NCBI GenBank assembly: GCA_965216055.1
Contig: OZ244134.1
Location: 520,781 to 584,780 of the forward strand
Source of the DNA: Salinisphaeraceae bacterium
GTDB lineage: Bacteria; Pseudomonadota; Gammaproteobacteria; Nevskiales; Salinisphaeraceae
Length of the DNA: 64,000 nucleotides
Direction: 5' to 3'
The position numbers and the translations under genes are program-made. The notes beneath the pieces are model-generated. The model was not told the origin of the DNA. It saw only the letters and a list, made by a program, of their open reading frames with translations, and made no database searches. Below, piece by piece: positions 29,722 through 38,885 of the stretch (position 1 is the stretch's first letter; the number at the start of each line of letters is the position of its first letter).

Positions 29722-30504
29722 TCAGCCCGGCAGCCCGAGAATCCGCCTGGCAGTTTCACCAACCCGCCCGTTGCTCGCGAACACGCTGGTGGTCTCCAGC
29801 CCGATCGGGCCACCGTCGAGCTGGCTGATGTCACCGCCGGCTTCGCGCAGGATCACGGTCAGGGCGCCGATGTCGAGGATATTGAGGTCGGACTCGACAA
29901 TCAGGTCGATGCGACCGGCCGCCAGCAGATGGTAATGATAGAAGTCGCCGTAGCCCCGGTGCCGGTGGACGGCTCGCAGCAGCTCCCCCACGTTGGACCA
30001 GCGATCGGAACCGGCCAGTGTGCCGATGTTGCCCAGTGACAGGGTGGCCCGGTCCAGCCGGTCGATCTCGCTGACATTGATCGGCTCGCCATTGAGCGTG
30101 GCGCCCTCGCCGCGGGCGGCGGCTGCCATTTCGCCGCCGTTGAACATCGGCGCGTTGGACACCCCGACCACCAGTTCGCCGCGATGCATCAGCGCGATCT
30201 GGGTGGAAAAGAAGGGATAGCCGCGCACAAAACTCTTGGTGCCGTCGATGGGGTCGATCAGCCAGACGTATTCCGCATCGGCGGATTCGCGGCCCAGCTC
30301 CTCGCCGTAGAAACCATGGTCCGGGAAGGCCTCGGCCAGCACCGCCTTGATCGCCCGCTCGCTTTCCACGTCCGCCACGGTGACCGGGCTGTCGTCGGCC
30401 TTGTCCGACACCTCGAACTCGCCGTGATAGTAGTGGCGGATAACGTCCTCGGCGGCGCGCGCCGCGTCGACGGCCCGGGCCAGAAACTGCTGTGTCGAGG
30501 CCAA
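29722..30504 (-). CDS. Inositol monophosphatase / histidinol-phosphatase family protein
   Basis: DSPVTVAD, GEE, WLIDPIDGTKSF and LDIGA. Start taken at TTG 30504 behind RBS GGGAGG. Confidence 0.88.
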   Translation of the reverse strand: MASTQQFLARAVDAARAAEDVIRHYYHGEFEVSDKADDSPVTVADVESERAIKAVLAEAFPDHGFYGEELGRESADAEYVWLIDPIDGTKSFVRGYPFFSTQIALMHRGELVVGVSNAPMFNGGEMAAAARGEGATLNGEPINVSEIDRLDRATLSLGNIGTLAGSDRWSNVGELLRAVHRHRGYGDFYHYHLLAAGRIDLIVESDLNILDIGALTVILREAGGDISQLDGGPIGLETTSVFASNGRVGETARRILGLPG

Positions 30505-30530
30505 TGGTCCCTCCCGTGGTCGATTGAGTG

Positions 30531-31409
30531 TCAGGTGATCCAGCCGCCGATGGTAAACGCGGACAGCACCGCCAGCAGGATGATCAGACTGCGCGAGACG
30601 ATACCGATGGCCTGGCGCAGGCGTTCGTCGATATCCGGCGGCGGAGCCTGTTCCTCGTCGATCAGCAGCGCCCCGCAACCGATTGCGACCAGCCGTTGCC
30701 AGCCCTGCTCGACCCAGTTGTCACCGCCATTCGCATCGCGCTGCCGCCAGGCAGTCAAGGCCCCGTCGGTGCTGCCGGCAAGGCCGTAGAGCAGCATGGC
30801 CAGATGCTGCGGCACCCAGGCCAGAATGCCATGCAGGCGCAGTGCGGCGTCCTGTAGCGGTTCGCCGGCATCCATACGGCGGAAATGACCGGGCGAATCC
30901 GCGACCAGCCGGTAGGCTGCCGCGCCCAGCGGTCCGAGTATGAAAAACCACAGCAACACGCCGAACACCCGCTCGTGTCCCTGCAGGAAGATGGCGCGGA
31001 TCACCGTCCGCGGATCCGCATGTTCTCCGGCCTGTTCGGTGTCGCCCGCCAGGTCCGCCGCAATCGCATCGGCGGCTTCGCGACGGTCCTCCTGCAGGGC
31101 GGCGCGGTAGGCGCGAACTTCTTCCCACAAATCCCGCGGGCCCAGGGCAAATACCAGCACCAGCACCGAAAACAGCAAGCCCAGCAGGCTGAAAATGCCA
31201 CCCTCGAGCAGCGCCTGAACCGCCCCGATCAGCAGCAGCGGCGGCGCGATCAGCAGCAGGCCCCAGGCCGAGCGCCACAGCCCGTCGAACAGGGTCGACG
31301 CCTGGATCTGGCCCAGGTAGCGCCCATACCAGTCGTACTCGCGCCAGCGGCGCAGGTGGCTCAGCAGCCTTTCGGCGATCAGCGCGGCGAAGATCACGAT
31401 GAGGGTCAT
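30531..31409 (-). CDS. ampE: AmpE-like inner-membrane protein
   Basis: HERVFGVLLWFFILGPLGAAAYRL; directly downstream of ampD. Confidence 0.8.
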   Translation of the reverse strand: MTLIVIFAALIAERLLSHLRRWREYDWYGRYLGQIQASTLFDGLWRSAWGLLLIAPPLLLIGAVQALLEGGIFSLLGLLFSVLVLVFALGPRDLWEEVRAYRAALQEDRREAADAIAADLAGDTEQAGEHADPRTVIRAIFLQGHERVFGVLLWFFILGPLGAAAYRLVADSPGHFRRMDAGEPLQDAALRLHGILAWVPQHLAMLLYGLAGSTDGALTAWRQRDANGGDNWVEQGWQRLVAIGCGALLIDEEQAPPPDIDERLRQAIGIVSRSLIILLAVLSAFTIGGWIT

Positions 31410-31421
31410 GTCGGTCGCCTG

Positions 31422-31988
31422 TCAGTTGCCTTCGGGGTAGTCCAGCAGGGACCGGAAGCGCGGCCAGTCGAACGCCGGACCGGGGTCGGTCTTTCGCTGC
31501 GGTGCAATATCACTGTGGCCCACTATACGGTCCGTGGAGATTCCCGGAAAGCGGGCCATGAGCAGCCGCGCGGTGGCGGCTAGCCGCCGGTACTGGATCG
31601 CCTCGTAAGGGCAGTCGTCGGTACCTTCCAGTTCTATGCCCACGGCAAAATCATTGCAGCGGGTGCGGCCGCGAAAGGCCGATTCGCCCGCGTGCCAGGC
31701 CCGATCCTCGAAGCGCACGAACTGCTGCAGGGCGCCGTCGCGCCGGATCAGCAGATGGGCGGATACCCGCAGGCCCGCGACGACGGCGAAATAGGGATGG
31801 GCCTCCGGGTCGAGCCGGTTGCAGAACAGCGCCTCGATGGCGTCGCCACCAAACTCGCCCGGCGGCAGGCTGATGCCGTGCACCACGAGCAGGTCCACCG
31901 CCATGCCCGCGGGCCGGGCATCGAAATTGGGCGACGGGCAGCGGGTGGCTGCCGATAGCCAGCCATCGGTGATTTGCCAGTCGATCAT
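31422..31988 (-). CDS. ampD: 1,6-anhydro-N-acetylmuramyl-L-alanine amidase AmpD
   Basis: SPNFDARP, VHGISLPPGEFG, VSAHLLIRRDG, AWHAG, GIELEG and RKTDPG. Confidence 0.96.
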   Translation of the reverse strand: MIDWQITDGWLSAATRCPSPNFDARPAGMAVDLLVVHGISLPPGEFGGDAIEALFCNRLDPEAHPYFAVVAGLRVSAHLLIRRDGALQQFVRFEDRAWHAGESAFRGRTRCNDFAVGIELEGTDDCPYEAIQYRRLAATARLLMARFPGISTDRIVGHSDIAPQRKTDPGPAFDWPRFRSLLDYPEGN

Positions 31989-31995
31989 CGCCTAG

Positions 31996-32482
31996 GGCCT
32001 GTTGACGCTACCGAAATCGCCGCGACGCAGGCCATTTTTCCGCAAGACAAGGCGGAGCGAGTGCGGTGTAGTGGTACTACATAAGCGAGCGACACAGAAT
32101 TGTCCGGAACCATTCTGGACAGCCGGAGGCTGGCCCAAAGGGCAAAGCCCACGGACGGGCTTTGCAGCGCCGGATTGCGGAAAAATGGCCCGCGTCCCTT
32201 TCCGTTCGAGGCGAGGAGCAGGGTTCCCGGCGATAGCCGGGATGCGACCGCCGGCGGACGGAAGGAGCCCCGCGACAGCGAACTCGTTCGCCCCGCCGAG
32301 GGTCGCACCCCACCGCTGCGCGGCGGGGCCCCGCTCCGCCTCTCGGGGCAAGGGTTGCGCCCAAAATGCGCCGATGCGGCGTTGCTCGTCGTTCATTTGG
32401 TTCACCAAACTTCTCTCCTCGCGCCTTGCCTCGCCGCATTTTGGGACAGCAACGCGACGATCGGCGGTAGCGTTAACAGGCC
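31996..32482. mobile_element. 487-bp non-autonomous MITE with 18-bp TIRs and CTAG target duplication
   Basis: GGCCTGTTGACGCTACCG and CGGTAGCGTTAACAGGCC (17/18 inverted match), CTAG on both sides (31992-31995, 32483-32486), internal inverted repeats, no credible transposase ORF. Confidence 0.85.
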
Positions 32483-34399
32483 CTAGAAGTATGCCAGCAG
32501 GGTCAGACGGGCGCGGACCAGATCCTGCCGGGCCGTGTCCTCCGCGGTTACCCGGGCCCGCAGTCCGAGGCCGTCGGCCAGCGACCACTGCTGGGTCAGC
32601 GACGCCCAGTGCCGGTGGCCCGAATTACCGGCCACATGGTCGAGCACGCCGACTTCCGCGCGCAGCCGCCAGCCGTGGCGCAGCGTCGCCAGCACCCCGG
32701 CACTGGCGCCGGCGCCCAGGGCATAGTCGGCCGCGTAGCCATGGTTGCCATCCAGGCTGCCCAGGCCGAAGACGTAGCCGGTAACGCGATCGGCCAGCGA
32801 CCAGGCCAGGCCCGGCCCGCCTTCCATGAATGCCCCGAGATGGCCATCCGGATCGGCCGGCGCGCTGACCGGGCGCTGCCGCAGGCCAGCCGCAAGCTGC
32901 CAGGACCAGGGGTCGAACAGTGCATCGCGCGGACGCAGCGAAACAATATCCAGCAGCCCGAGACGGTCGATCTCGATCCGGTCGCGGCGGGTATCCAGCC
33001 GCAGGTCCAGCGACAGGAACGCCAGCTGGGTCCCCTCGCTGTAGCCGCCGGGCGGATCCAGCAGGTCGTGATAGGCCACCCGACCCTGCAGACCGAGCGA
33101 CCAGTCCCCGTCCTCATTGACCACCGATACGCCGGCCCGGCGGCTCGCGTGGCCGGCGTGTGGCGCCACGGCGGGCGTCGCAGGCTCGGCCCGCCCGCTG
33201 TCGGCCTGCACCCGGCTGCGGGCGAGCAGGATGGCCTGCAGGCGGGCATCACCCGCGCCGGGCGGCAGCCGCCCGACCTGAATCCGGTAGTAGACATGAT
33301 CGTGGGCCAGTTCCAGTACCCGCGCACGGACGGACGGCGAAAGTGCGGCGATGGCCGCGGCATCCGGGTCGCGTTCCCCGCGAGACACCGCCAGCGCCAG
33401 CCGCCGGTTCGCCCGGGTCATTTGTCCGGCGGCCACCTGCAGCCGGTGGCCTAGCGCCGGGCGGAACGACGGCCTGCCCAGCAGGCCGGGCACCGAATCC
33501 ACGGCACGGATGGTGTCGGCGGGGATGGCGTACCAGCCGAAGTCGCGGCTCAGATCGAGCGATGGCCGCACCGCCTCCAGCAGGGTCAGCAGTTGATAGG
33601 CGCAGTTGCGGTTGAGAAAGAAGTACTCGAATTTGGCGCCGCGCAGCTCCCAAAGATGCGCCACCAGGCGGCGACGCTCGGCAGCGGTCAGGTCGAGCGA
33701 ATACGACCAGATGTCGCGGTTCTCGATCCAGGCGTAGTCCCGCACCTTCTCGTAGTAGGGAAACACCCCGAACTGCCCCGTATAGCCGCCCGTCAGGCCG
33801 CGCCAGGCAAAGCCCAGACCGGCATCCTCGCCGGTAATGGCGGCGAAATTCACGGCATGGGCCAGCAATTCCCCGTCCCGCTCGACATCCAGGCGCAGCA
33901 GGGTGTGCCCGAACAGCGACGCCGCGCTGCCGGTATACGCGGTGGGGAACACCAGGCTCACACCATCCGGGTCGAGCCGCGCCTGCCAGCGCTGAAGCTC
34001 GGCGCAGGCCGAGGCATCCGGCGGTGGCAGATCGAGCTGCTCGACCAGCCATGCCGTGCGCGCGGGGAACAGGCAGTGCGCCGGACGATCACGACCGGAC
34101 AGGCGACCGCCACCCGCCAGCGCGCGGCGCAAGGCGTCGAGTTCGGCCGCGGGATCGGTGCGACCCTCGGACGTCAGGAAGAAATCGTCACTGACCACGG
34201 CGCTGACCGCCTCACCAAAGGCGGTCGGGCGATAGTGCAACAGTGCCCGCCAGCCGCGGGACTCGGCCAGATCGCCGGTGGCAACATTCTCTGCCGCCGG
34301 CACCGGTCCGGACAATGCGGTCAGCAGCAACGCCAGCGGGCCGGCCAGCAGACGGCCGCGCATCCGGGCGTCAGTCAAAGAAATGGCGCATCGCCACAC
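32483..34399 (-). CDS. DUF4105 (Lnb N-terminal, papain/NlpC-like) domain protein, paralog 2
   Basis: WRALLHY, SLFGHTLLRL, YAWIENRDIWSY and RNCAYQL; C-terminal beta-rich region ending in AYF. Confidence 0.85.
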   Translation of the reverse strand: MWRCAISLTDARMRGRLLAGPLALLLTALSGPVPAAENVATGDLAESRGWRALLHYRPTAFGEAVSAVVSDDFFLTSEGRTDPAAELDALRRALAGGGRLSGRDRPAHCLFPARTAWLVEQLDLPPPDASACAELQRWQARLDPDGVSLVFPTAYTGSAASLFGHTLLRLDVERDGELLAHAVNFAAITGEDAGLGFAWRGLTGGYTGQFGVFPYYEKVRDYAWIENRDIWSYSLDLTAAERRRLVAHLWELRGAKFEYFFLNRNCAYQLLTLLEAVRPSLDLSRDFGWYAIPADTIRAVDSVPGLLGRPSFRPALGHRLQVAAGQMTRANRRLALAVSRGERDPDAAAIAALSPSVRARVLELAHDHVYYRIQVGRLPPGAGDARLQAILLARSRVQADSGRAEPATPAVAPHAGHASRRAGVSVVNEDGDWSLGLQGRVAYHDLLDPPGGYSEGTQLAFLSLDLRLDTRRDRIEIDRLGLLDIVSLRPRDALFDPWSWQLAAGLRQRPVSAPADPDGHLGAFMEGGPGLAWSLADRVTGYVFGLGSLDGNHGYAADYALGAGASAGVLATLRHGWRLRAEVGVLDHVAGNSGHRHWASLTQQWSLADGLGLRARVTAEDTARQDLVRARLTLLAYF

Positions 34400-36224
34400 G
34401 GCAACCCACCTCGTCGCCGCCGGACCAGTCGCGATAGTCGCAGCCCAGCCGGATGGCGTCCTGGGCCGTGACCGGCAGGTTCAGCGTGAGTTCGCTGCGA
34501 TGGCGTGCGAACCCGGCCTGGTACCACCGGCTGTTCTGCATCAGCCCCAGCTGCCAGCCGGGGCGCTGGTAGAGCGCGCCGAATTCGGGCCCGGCACCCA
34601 GCCGCACGGCGGGTTCGGCCCCGGACACCTGCTCGGCCCGGGCGGTGGCCAGCCCGTAGACCAGCCAGTTGCCCAACCGCCAGGTGGCGCCGGGCCCGCC
34701 CTGCAGGAACAGCGCCTGCCGCCGGTCGTTGGTGTCCCCGTCCGCGTCGGCGCGTACCCGCTCGAGCCCCCCGTGCACGAACCAGGACGTGGGCTTGACG
34801 AAGGCCCCGCGCGGGGCCAGCGAGCGGATATTGACCAGGTCCAGGCTTTCCAGCACCAGGCCCTCGGCCTCGTCCAGGCGCAGATTGATATCCAGCCCCT
34901 CGATGCCCGCACCACGCAGGAAGCCGGTCACCGGGTCGAGCACGTCGTGATAGGTCAGCCGGTAACCCGCTTCGACGAAATCGCTGCCGCCGCGCGAGCC
35001 CAGCCCGAATTGCGCCAGTTCGGTGCCGTGGCCGGTCTCCGGGGCCGCGGGTTCCGGCGGCTCGGGCGCCGGCGGTGCGGCATTGCGCTGTACCACCCGC
35101 AACAGGGCCAGGCTGTGGCGGGCCACGTCGTCGGTGCGGGCCTGATCGCGCGATTCCAGCCGCAGCGCCTGGTAGGCCACCCGGGCGATACGGTGACGGC
35201 GATCCGGCGGATGGCTCTGAAAGGCCGGCGTCTCGGCGGCGGCCGGATCGTCGACCAGCTGCCGGGCCAGCGCCAGTTCCGGGTTGCTCAGGCTGGCGGC
35301 GGCGAATTCCAGCTCGTTGGCCTTGGACGGCCGGTAGCGGCGTTCGGTGACCAGACCGGCGCGGTAGAGCGTCCGCACGGTGTTGACCGGCAGTTCGGCG
35401 AACCGGAAATCCTCGATCAGCGGCGCCCGCGGCCGGGCCACCTTGATCAGCTCCAGCAGGCGGAAGGAGCAGTTCTCGTCGAAGAAGAAATAGTCGAAAT
35501 TGATGTTGCGCAGTTCCCACAGATGCCGCACCAGCCAGTCCAGCTCGTCGGCGTCGAGATTCAGCGCGTATTCCCAGATGTCCCGGTTTTCCAGATGGGC
35601 ATAGTCGCGAATCTTCTCCACGTAGGCGGTGAGCGAGAAATGGCCCGGATAGCCGCCGCCCAGCCCGCGCCAGATATAGAACAGCGAGTTCTCGTTCGGG
35701 TTCACCCGCGCGCCGAAATTGATCGCGCGTGACAGCCAGGTGGAGTCGGGGTCGGGTTCCGGGTCCAGCCGCAGCAGCGTATGCCCGAACATGGAGGACG
35801 GGCTGTTCAGATAGGCGGCGGGAAATGCCAGCACCAGCTGGCCGGTGGGCATCTTCTCGCGCCACTCGGGGTATTCCTCGCAGTGGTCGAATACGCCGTC
35901 GCGCGGCCAGTCGAGGCGTTCGGCGAGGAAGCGGTAGCGGGCCGGAAAGCGGCAGATGGTAGCGGCATCGGGCTGGCTCAGGGCGGCGTGGCTGGCTACC
36001 AGTTCCGCTCGTGGGTCGCGCTTGCCGGATGCGGCCAGGAAGAAATCCGGATCGTCGACATAGCTGGCGCCCACGTCCCGCAGGGTGGCGCCGGGATTCA
36101 GGTGCACCAGCGCCTGCCAGCGGTCCGACGCCGCCCAGGCCGTGAAATCGGCATCGGTCGGGGCCGCCGCATGCGCGATGGCAGCCGCGGCGGACAGGCA
36201 GAGAATCAGGGCGGCGCGAATCAA
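34371..36224 (-). CDS. DUF4105 (Lnb N-terminal, papain/NlpC-like) domain protein, paralog 1
   Basis: SSMFGHTLLRL, YAHLENRDIWEY and ENCSFRL; C-terminal beta-rich region. Confidence 0.85.
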   Translation of the reverse strand: MIRAALILCLSAAAAIAHAAAPTDADFTAWAASDRWQALVHLNPGATLRDVGASYVDDPDFFLAASGKRDPRAELVASHAALSQPDAATICRFPARYRFLAERLDWPRDGVFDHCEEYPEWREKMPTGQLVLAFPAAYLNSPSSMFGHTLLRLDPEPDPDSTWLSRAINFGARVNPNENSLFYIWRGLGGGYPGHFSLTAYVEKIRDYAHLENRDIWEYALNLDADELDWLVRHLWELRNINFDYFFFDENCSFRLLELIKVARPRAPLIEDFRFAELPVNTVRTLYRAGLVTERRYRPSKANELEFAAASLSNPELALARQLVDDPAAAETPAFQSHPPDRRHRIARVAYQALRLESRDQARTDDVARHSLALLRVVQRNAAPPAPEPPEPAAPETGHGTELAQFGLGSRGGSDFVEAGYRLTYHDVLDPVTGFLRGAGIEGLDINLRLDEAEGLVLESLDLVNIRSLAPRGAFVKPTSWFVHGGLERVRADADGDTNDRRQALFLQGGPGATWRLGNWLVYGLATARAEQVSGAEPAVRLGAGPEFGALYQRPGWQLGLMQNSRWYQAGFARHRSELTLNLPVTAQDAIRLGCDYRDWSGGDEVGCRVAMRHFFD

Positions 36225-36332
36225 ACCGTGGGGTCAAGTCCGGGCCGCGAGGCGGCAGATGGTGCGCCCGCAGGCGCGAAGCTCAGAAGGGTGCCCCGCC
36301 ACCCGGGCGGGGCACCTCGAATGACGTCTCGA

Positions 36333-36815
36333 TCAGGACACGTAGCCCGACAGACGCGCGTCGGTGCGCATGACATCGACGATGTTGGCCATCACGTCGC
36401 GCGCGGTGACATCCTCGGCCGGGAACACGGCGGTGAAGTTGTCGTGCATCACGGCATTGAAGTGGTCGCGGTCGGCGACGTCGATGCCCATGGACACCGA
36501 CAGCGCGGTCAGGGCTTCGCCCTGGCCGGTGGCCATGTCCTGCGCCACTTCCTCGAGCACGCCGTTCTGGGACAGCAGGCTTTCGCCGCCGTAGGTCAGC
36601 GCCCCGTTGGTGCTACAGCCGTTGGTACCACTGGTCATGCCGAAGGTGGCATTACCCGAGGTGCCATTGACGATGGTCGCCAGAAGGTGAACGGGCAGGC
36701 CACTCTTGCCTTCGAAGACCAGGTTGCCCCAGCCACAACCCGGGCCGCCCGGCGCCACCGCACTCGCGGCCATGCTCGAGCCCAGCAGCGCGCTTGCCAG
36801 CAGAATCTTTTTCAT
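36333..36815 (-). CDS. DUF3015 family secreted protein
   Basis: Signal peptide, GPGCGWG, TFGMTSGTNGC and QDMATGQGEALTAL. Confidence 0.85.
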   Translation of the reverse strand: MKKILLASALLGSSMAASAVAPGGPGCGWGNLVFEGKSGLPVHLLATIVNGTSGNATFGMTSGTNGCSTNGALTYGGESLLSQNGVLEEVAQDMATGQGEALTALSVSMGIDVADRDHFNAVMHDNFTAVFPAEDVTARDVMANIVDVMRTDARLSGYVS

Positions 36816-36912
36816 CGTGAATCTCCCAGAATCCGGTTTGGATTAGCTTGTTGTTCCACTTCCGGCCCGAACGGGCCGGAGACCCACTATAGGGCAGCGA
36901 GCGGATAACGCA

Positions 36913-38748
36913 CTACCCCTTGTCGGGGGACACGCCCGGCCGGATCCGCGCCAGCCAGATGCAAAGCCCCAGCATGATCACCAGCCCGGGCCAGGGCCCC
37001 AGCGACACACCGGCAAGGGCGAGCACATCCCGGTCGCCGCTGACCACGATGGGCACCGCCAGGCCGATGCCCATCAGCGCCTCACCCGTGATCAGGCCGG
37101 CCGCGGCCAGCAGCCCGGCCCCGCTGACCGGCCGCTGCCCCGCCAGCAGCGCCATCAGACCGCCCAGGGCGATGGGCACGGACAGCGACAGCGGCAGGTA
37201 GATGCCCACCGCCACGGCCAGTACCGGCAGACGGAATTCCGCACCGGCGCGGCGCAGCATCTCGTCCGCAACGATCAGTGCCACCGCCACCAGCGCCCCA
37301 AGGCCCACCATCGGCCAGGGCAGATCCCCGCCGAACACGCCGCCGGCGACCGCAGCCATCAGGCTGGCCTGGGGGGCGGGGAGCGGATCGGGGTGCGCCT
37401 CGGTCGGGACTCCGATGCCGTAGGCGTTGAGCAGCAACGACAGCACCGGCGCCAGCACGCACACGCTGCTGACCACGCCCAGCATCTGCGCCAATTGCTG
37501 CTGCCAGGGGGCCGCGCCCAGGATTGCGCCCGCCTTGAGGTCCTGCATGTTGTCGCCGCCGATGGCCGCGGCGCAGCACACCACCGCCCCCACCAGGATG
37601 GCGGCCACCGGCCCCAGGGTGGCGTCGCCGAACAGCACCAGCAGAAGCAGCGCGGTGATCAGGATGGTGGCGATGGTCACGCCCGATACCGGGTTGTTGG
37701 ACGAGCCCACCAGCCCGGCCATGTACGCCGCCACCGCCGAGAACAGCCCCGCGGCCACCAGCATCATGGCGGTCAGCGGCACCGCGGCCACCGCGGAATC
37801 CAGCAGGCCCGCGTAGAACACGAACATGGGCACGATCAGCACCAGCCCCAGCCCGCCGAGCAGCCAGCGCGGAAGGTCACCTTCGCCGCCTACCACGCTC
37901 GTCCCGCCGATGCGCTGCATCCCGGCGAACAGCGAGCTCCGCATGGACCACAGCGCCCACAGGCCGCCGACCAGCATCGCGCCGACGCCCATGTAGCGAA
38001 TCTGCTCGCTCCACAGCGACCAGGCGGCGTCGAGCGGCGTATCCGCCGGCGGCAGACCGTGCACCAGCGCGTACAGCGGCACCACCACGCCCCAGGCGAA
38101 CAGGCCGCCCGCGAATACCAGGACCGCGATGTTGAAGCCCACGATGTAGCCCACCGCCAGCAGTGCCGGCGACAGGTTGGCCCCGACATAGAACACGGTC
38201 TGCCCCACCTGGGTCGCCAGCTCGCCAGTGGCCTGCCACAGCCGCAGCCCGCTTTCCGCGAGCTTGGTGGCCCCGCCAACCGCCACGCCAATCAGAAGCA
38301 TGCCCATGCCGGTGCCGGCCTGACCGTGGCCGGCCCGTAATACCTCGGCGGTGGCGCGGCCCTCGGGAAAGGGCAGGTCCATGCCGTGAATCAGCGCGTG
38401 GCGCAGCGGCACCGTGATCAGCACGCCCAGCAGACCGCCGATGCCGGCAATGAATACCACCCACCAGTAGGGGAAGCTGTCCCAGTAACCCAGCAGCACC
38501 AGCGCCGGCAACGTGAAGATCACCCCGGCAGCAATCGACTCCCCGGCGCTGGCCGCCGTCTGGACGATGTTGTTTTCCAGGATGCTGCCGCGGGCCAGCG
38601 CCCGCAGAATCGCCATCGACACGACTGCCGCGGGGATCGAGGCCGACACCGTAAGACCGGCAAAAAGGGCCAGATAGGCATTCGCCCCCGCCAGGATCAT
38701 GGCGAGGATGATGCCGAGAAGAGCGGCGCGCAGGGTTAGCTGGGACAT
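36913..38748 (-). CDS. OPT family oligopeptide transporter
   Basis: QLTLRA...GLTVSASIPAAV, ENNIVQTAASAGES, FPEGRATAEVL and DNMQDLKAG. Confidence 0.93.
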   Translation of the reverse strand: MSQLTLRAALLGIILAMILAGANAYLALFAGLTVSASIPAAVVSMAILRALARGSILENNIVQTAASAGESIAAGVIFTLPALVLLGYWDSFPYWWVVFIAGIGGLLGVLITVPLRHALIHGMDLPFPEGRATAEVLRAGHGQAGTGMGMLLIGVAVGGATKLAESGLRLWQATGELATQVGQTVFYVGANLSPALLAVGYIVGFNIAVLVFAGGLFAWGVVVPLYALVHGLPPADTPLDAAWSLWSEQIRYMGVGAMLVGGLWALWSMRSSLFAGMQRIGGTSVVGGEGDLPRWLLGGLGLVLIVPMFVFYAGLLDSAVAAVPLTAMMLVAAGLFSAVAAYMAGLVGSSNNPVSGVTIATILITALLLLVLFGDATLGPVAAILVGAVVCCAAAIGGDNMQDLKAGAILGAAPWQQQLAQMLGVVSSVCVLAPVLSLLLNAYGIGVPTEAHPDPLPAPQASLMAAVAGGVFGGDLPWPMVGLGALVAVALIVADEMLRRAGAEFRLPVLAVAVGIYLPLSLSVPIALGGLMALLAGQRPVSGAGLLAAAGLITGEALMGIGLAVPIVVSGDRDVLALAGVSLGPWPGLVIMLGLCIWLARIRPGVSPDKG

Positions 38749-38885
38749 GACGAAAAAGGTCGGCAATCCGGTGTTGGCAGTCTACCGCGTCATGCGTCGC
38801 CCGGAACGCTTGCGGCCGCGGGCGGTCCACAGCAGCGGTAGTCGCCTGATAAGCTCCGGGCGATCCGCGATCGAGGAGACAGACC

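Noticed and set aside
31985-32784. ORFs called across the ampD-DUF4105 gap (198 aa, 260 aa and others)
   Set aside because: They are translations of the palindromic MITE and show no transposase motifs.
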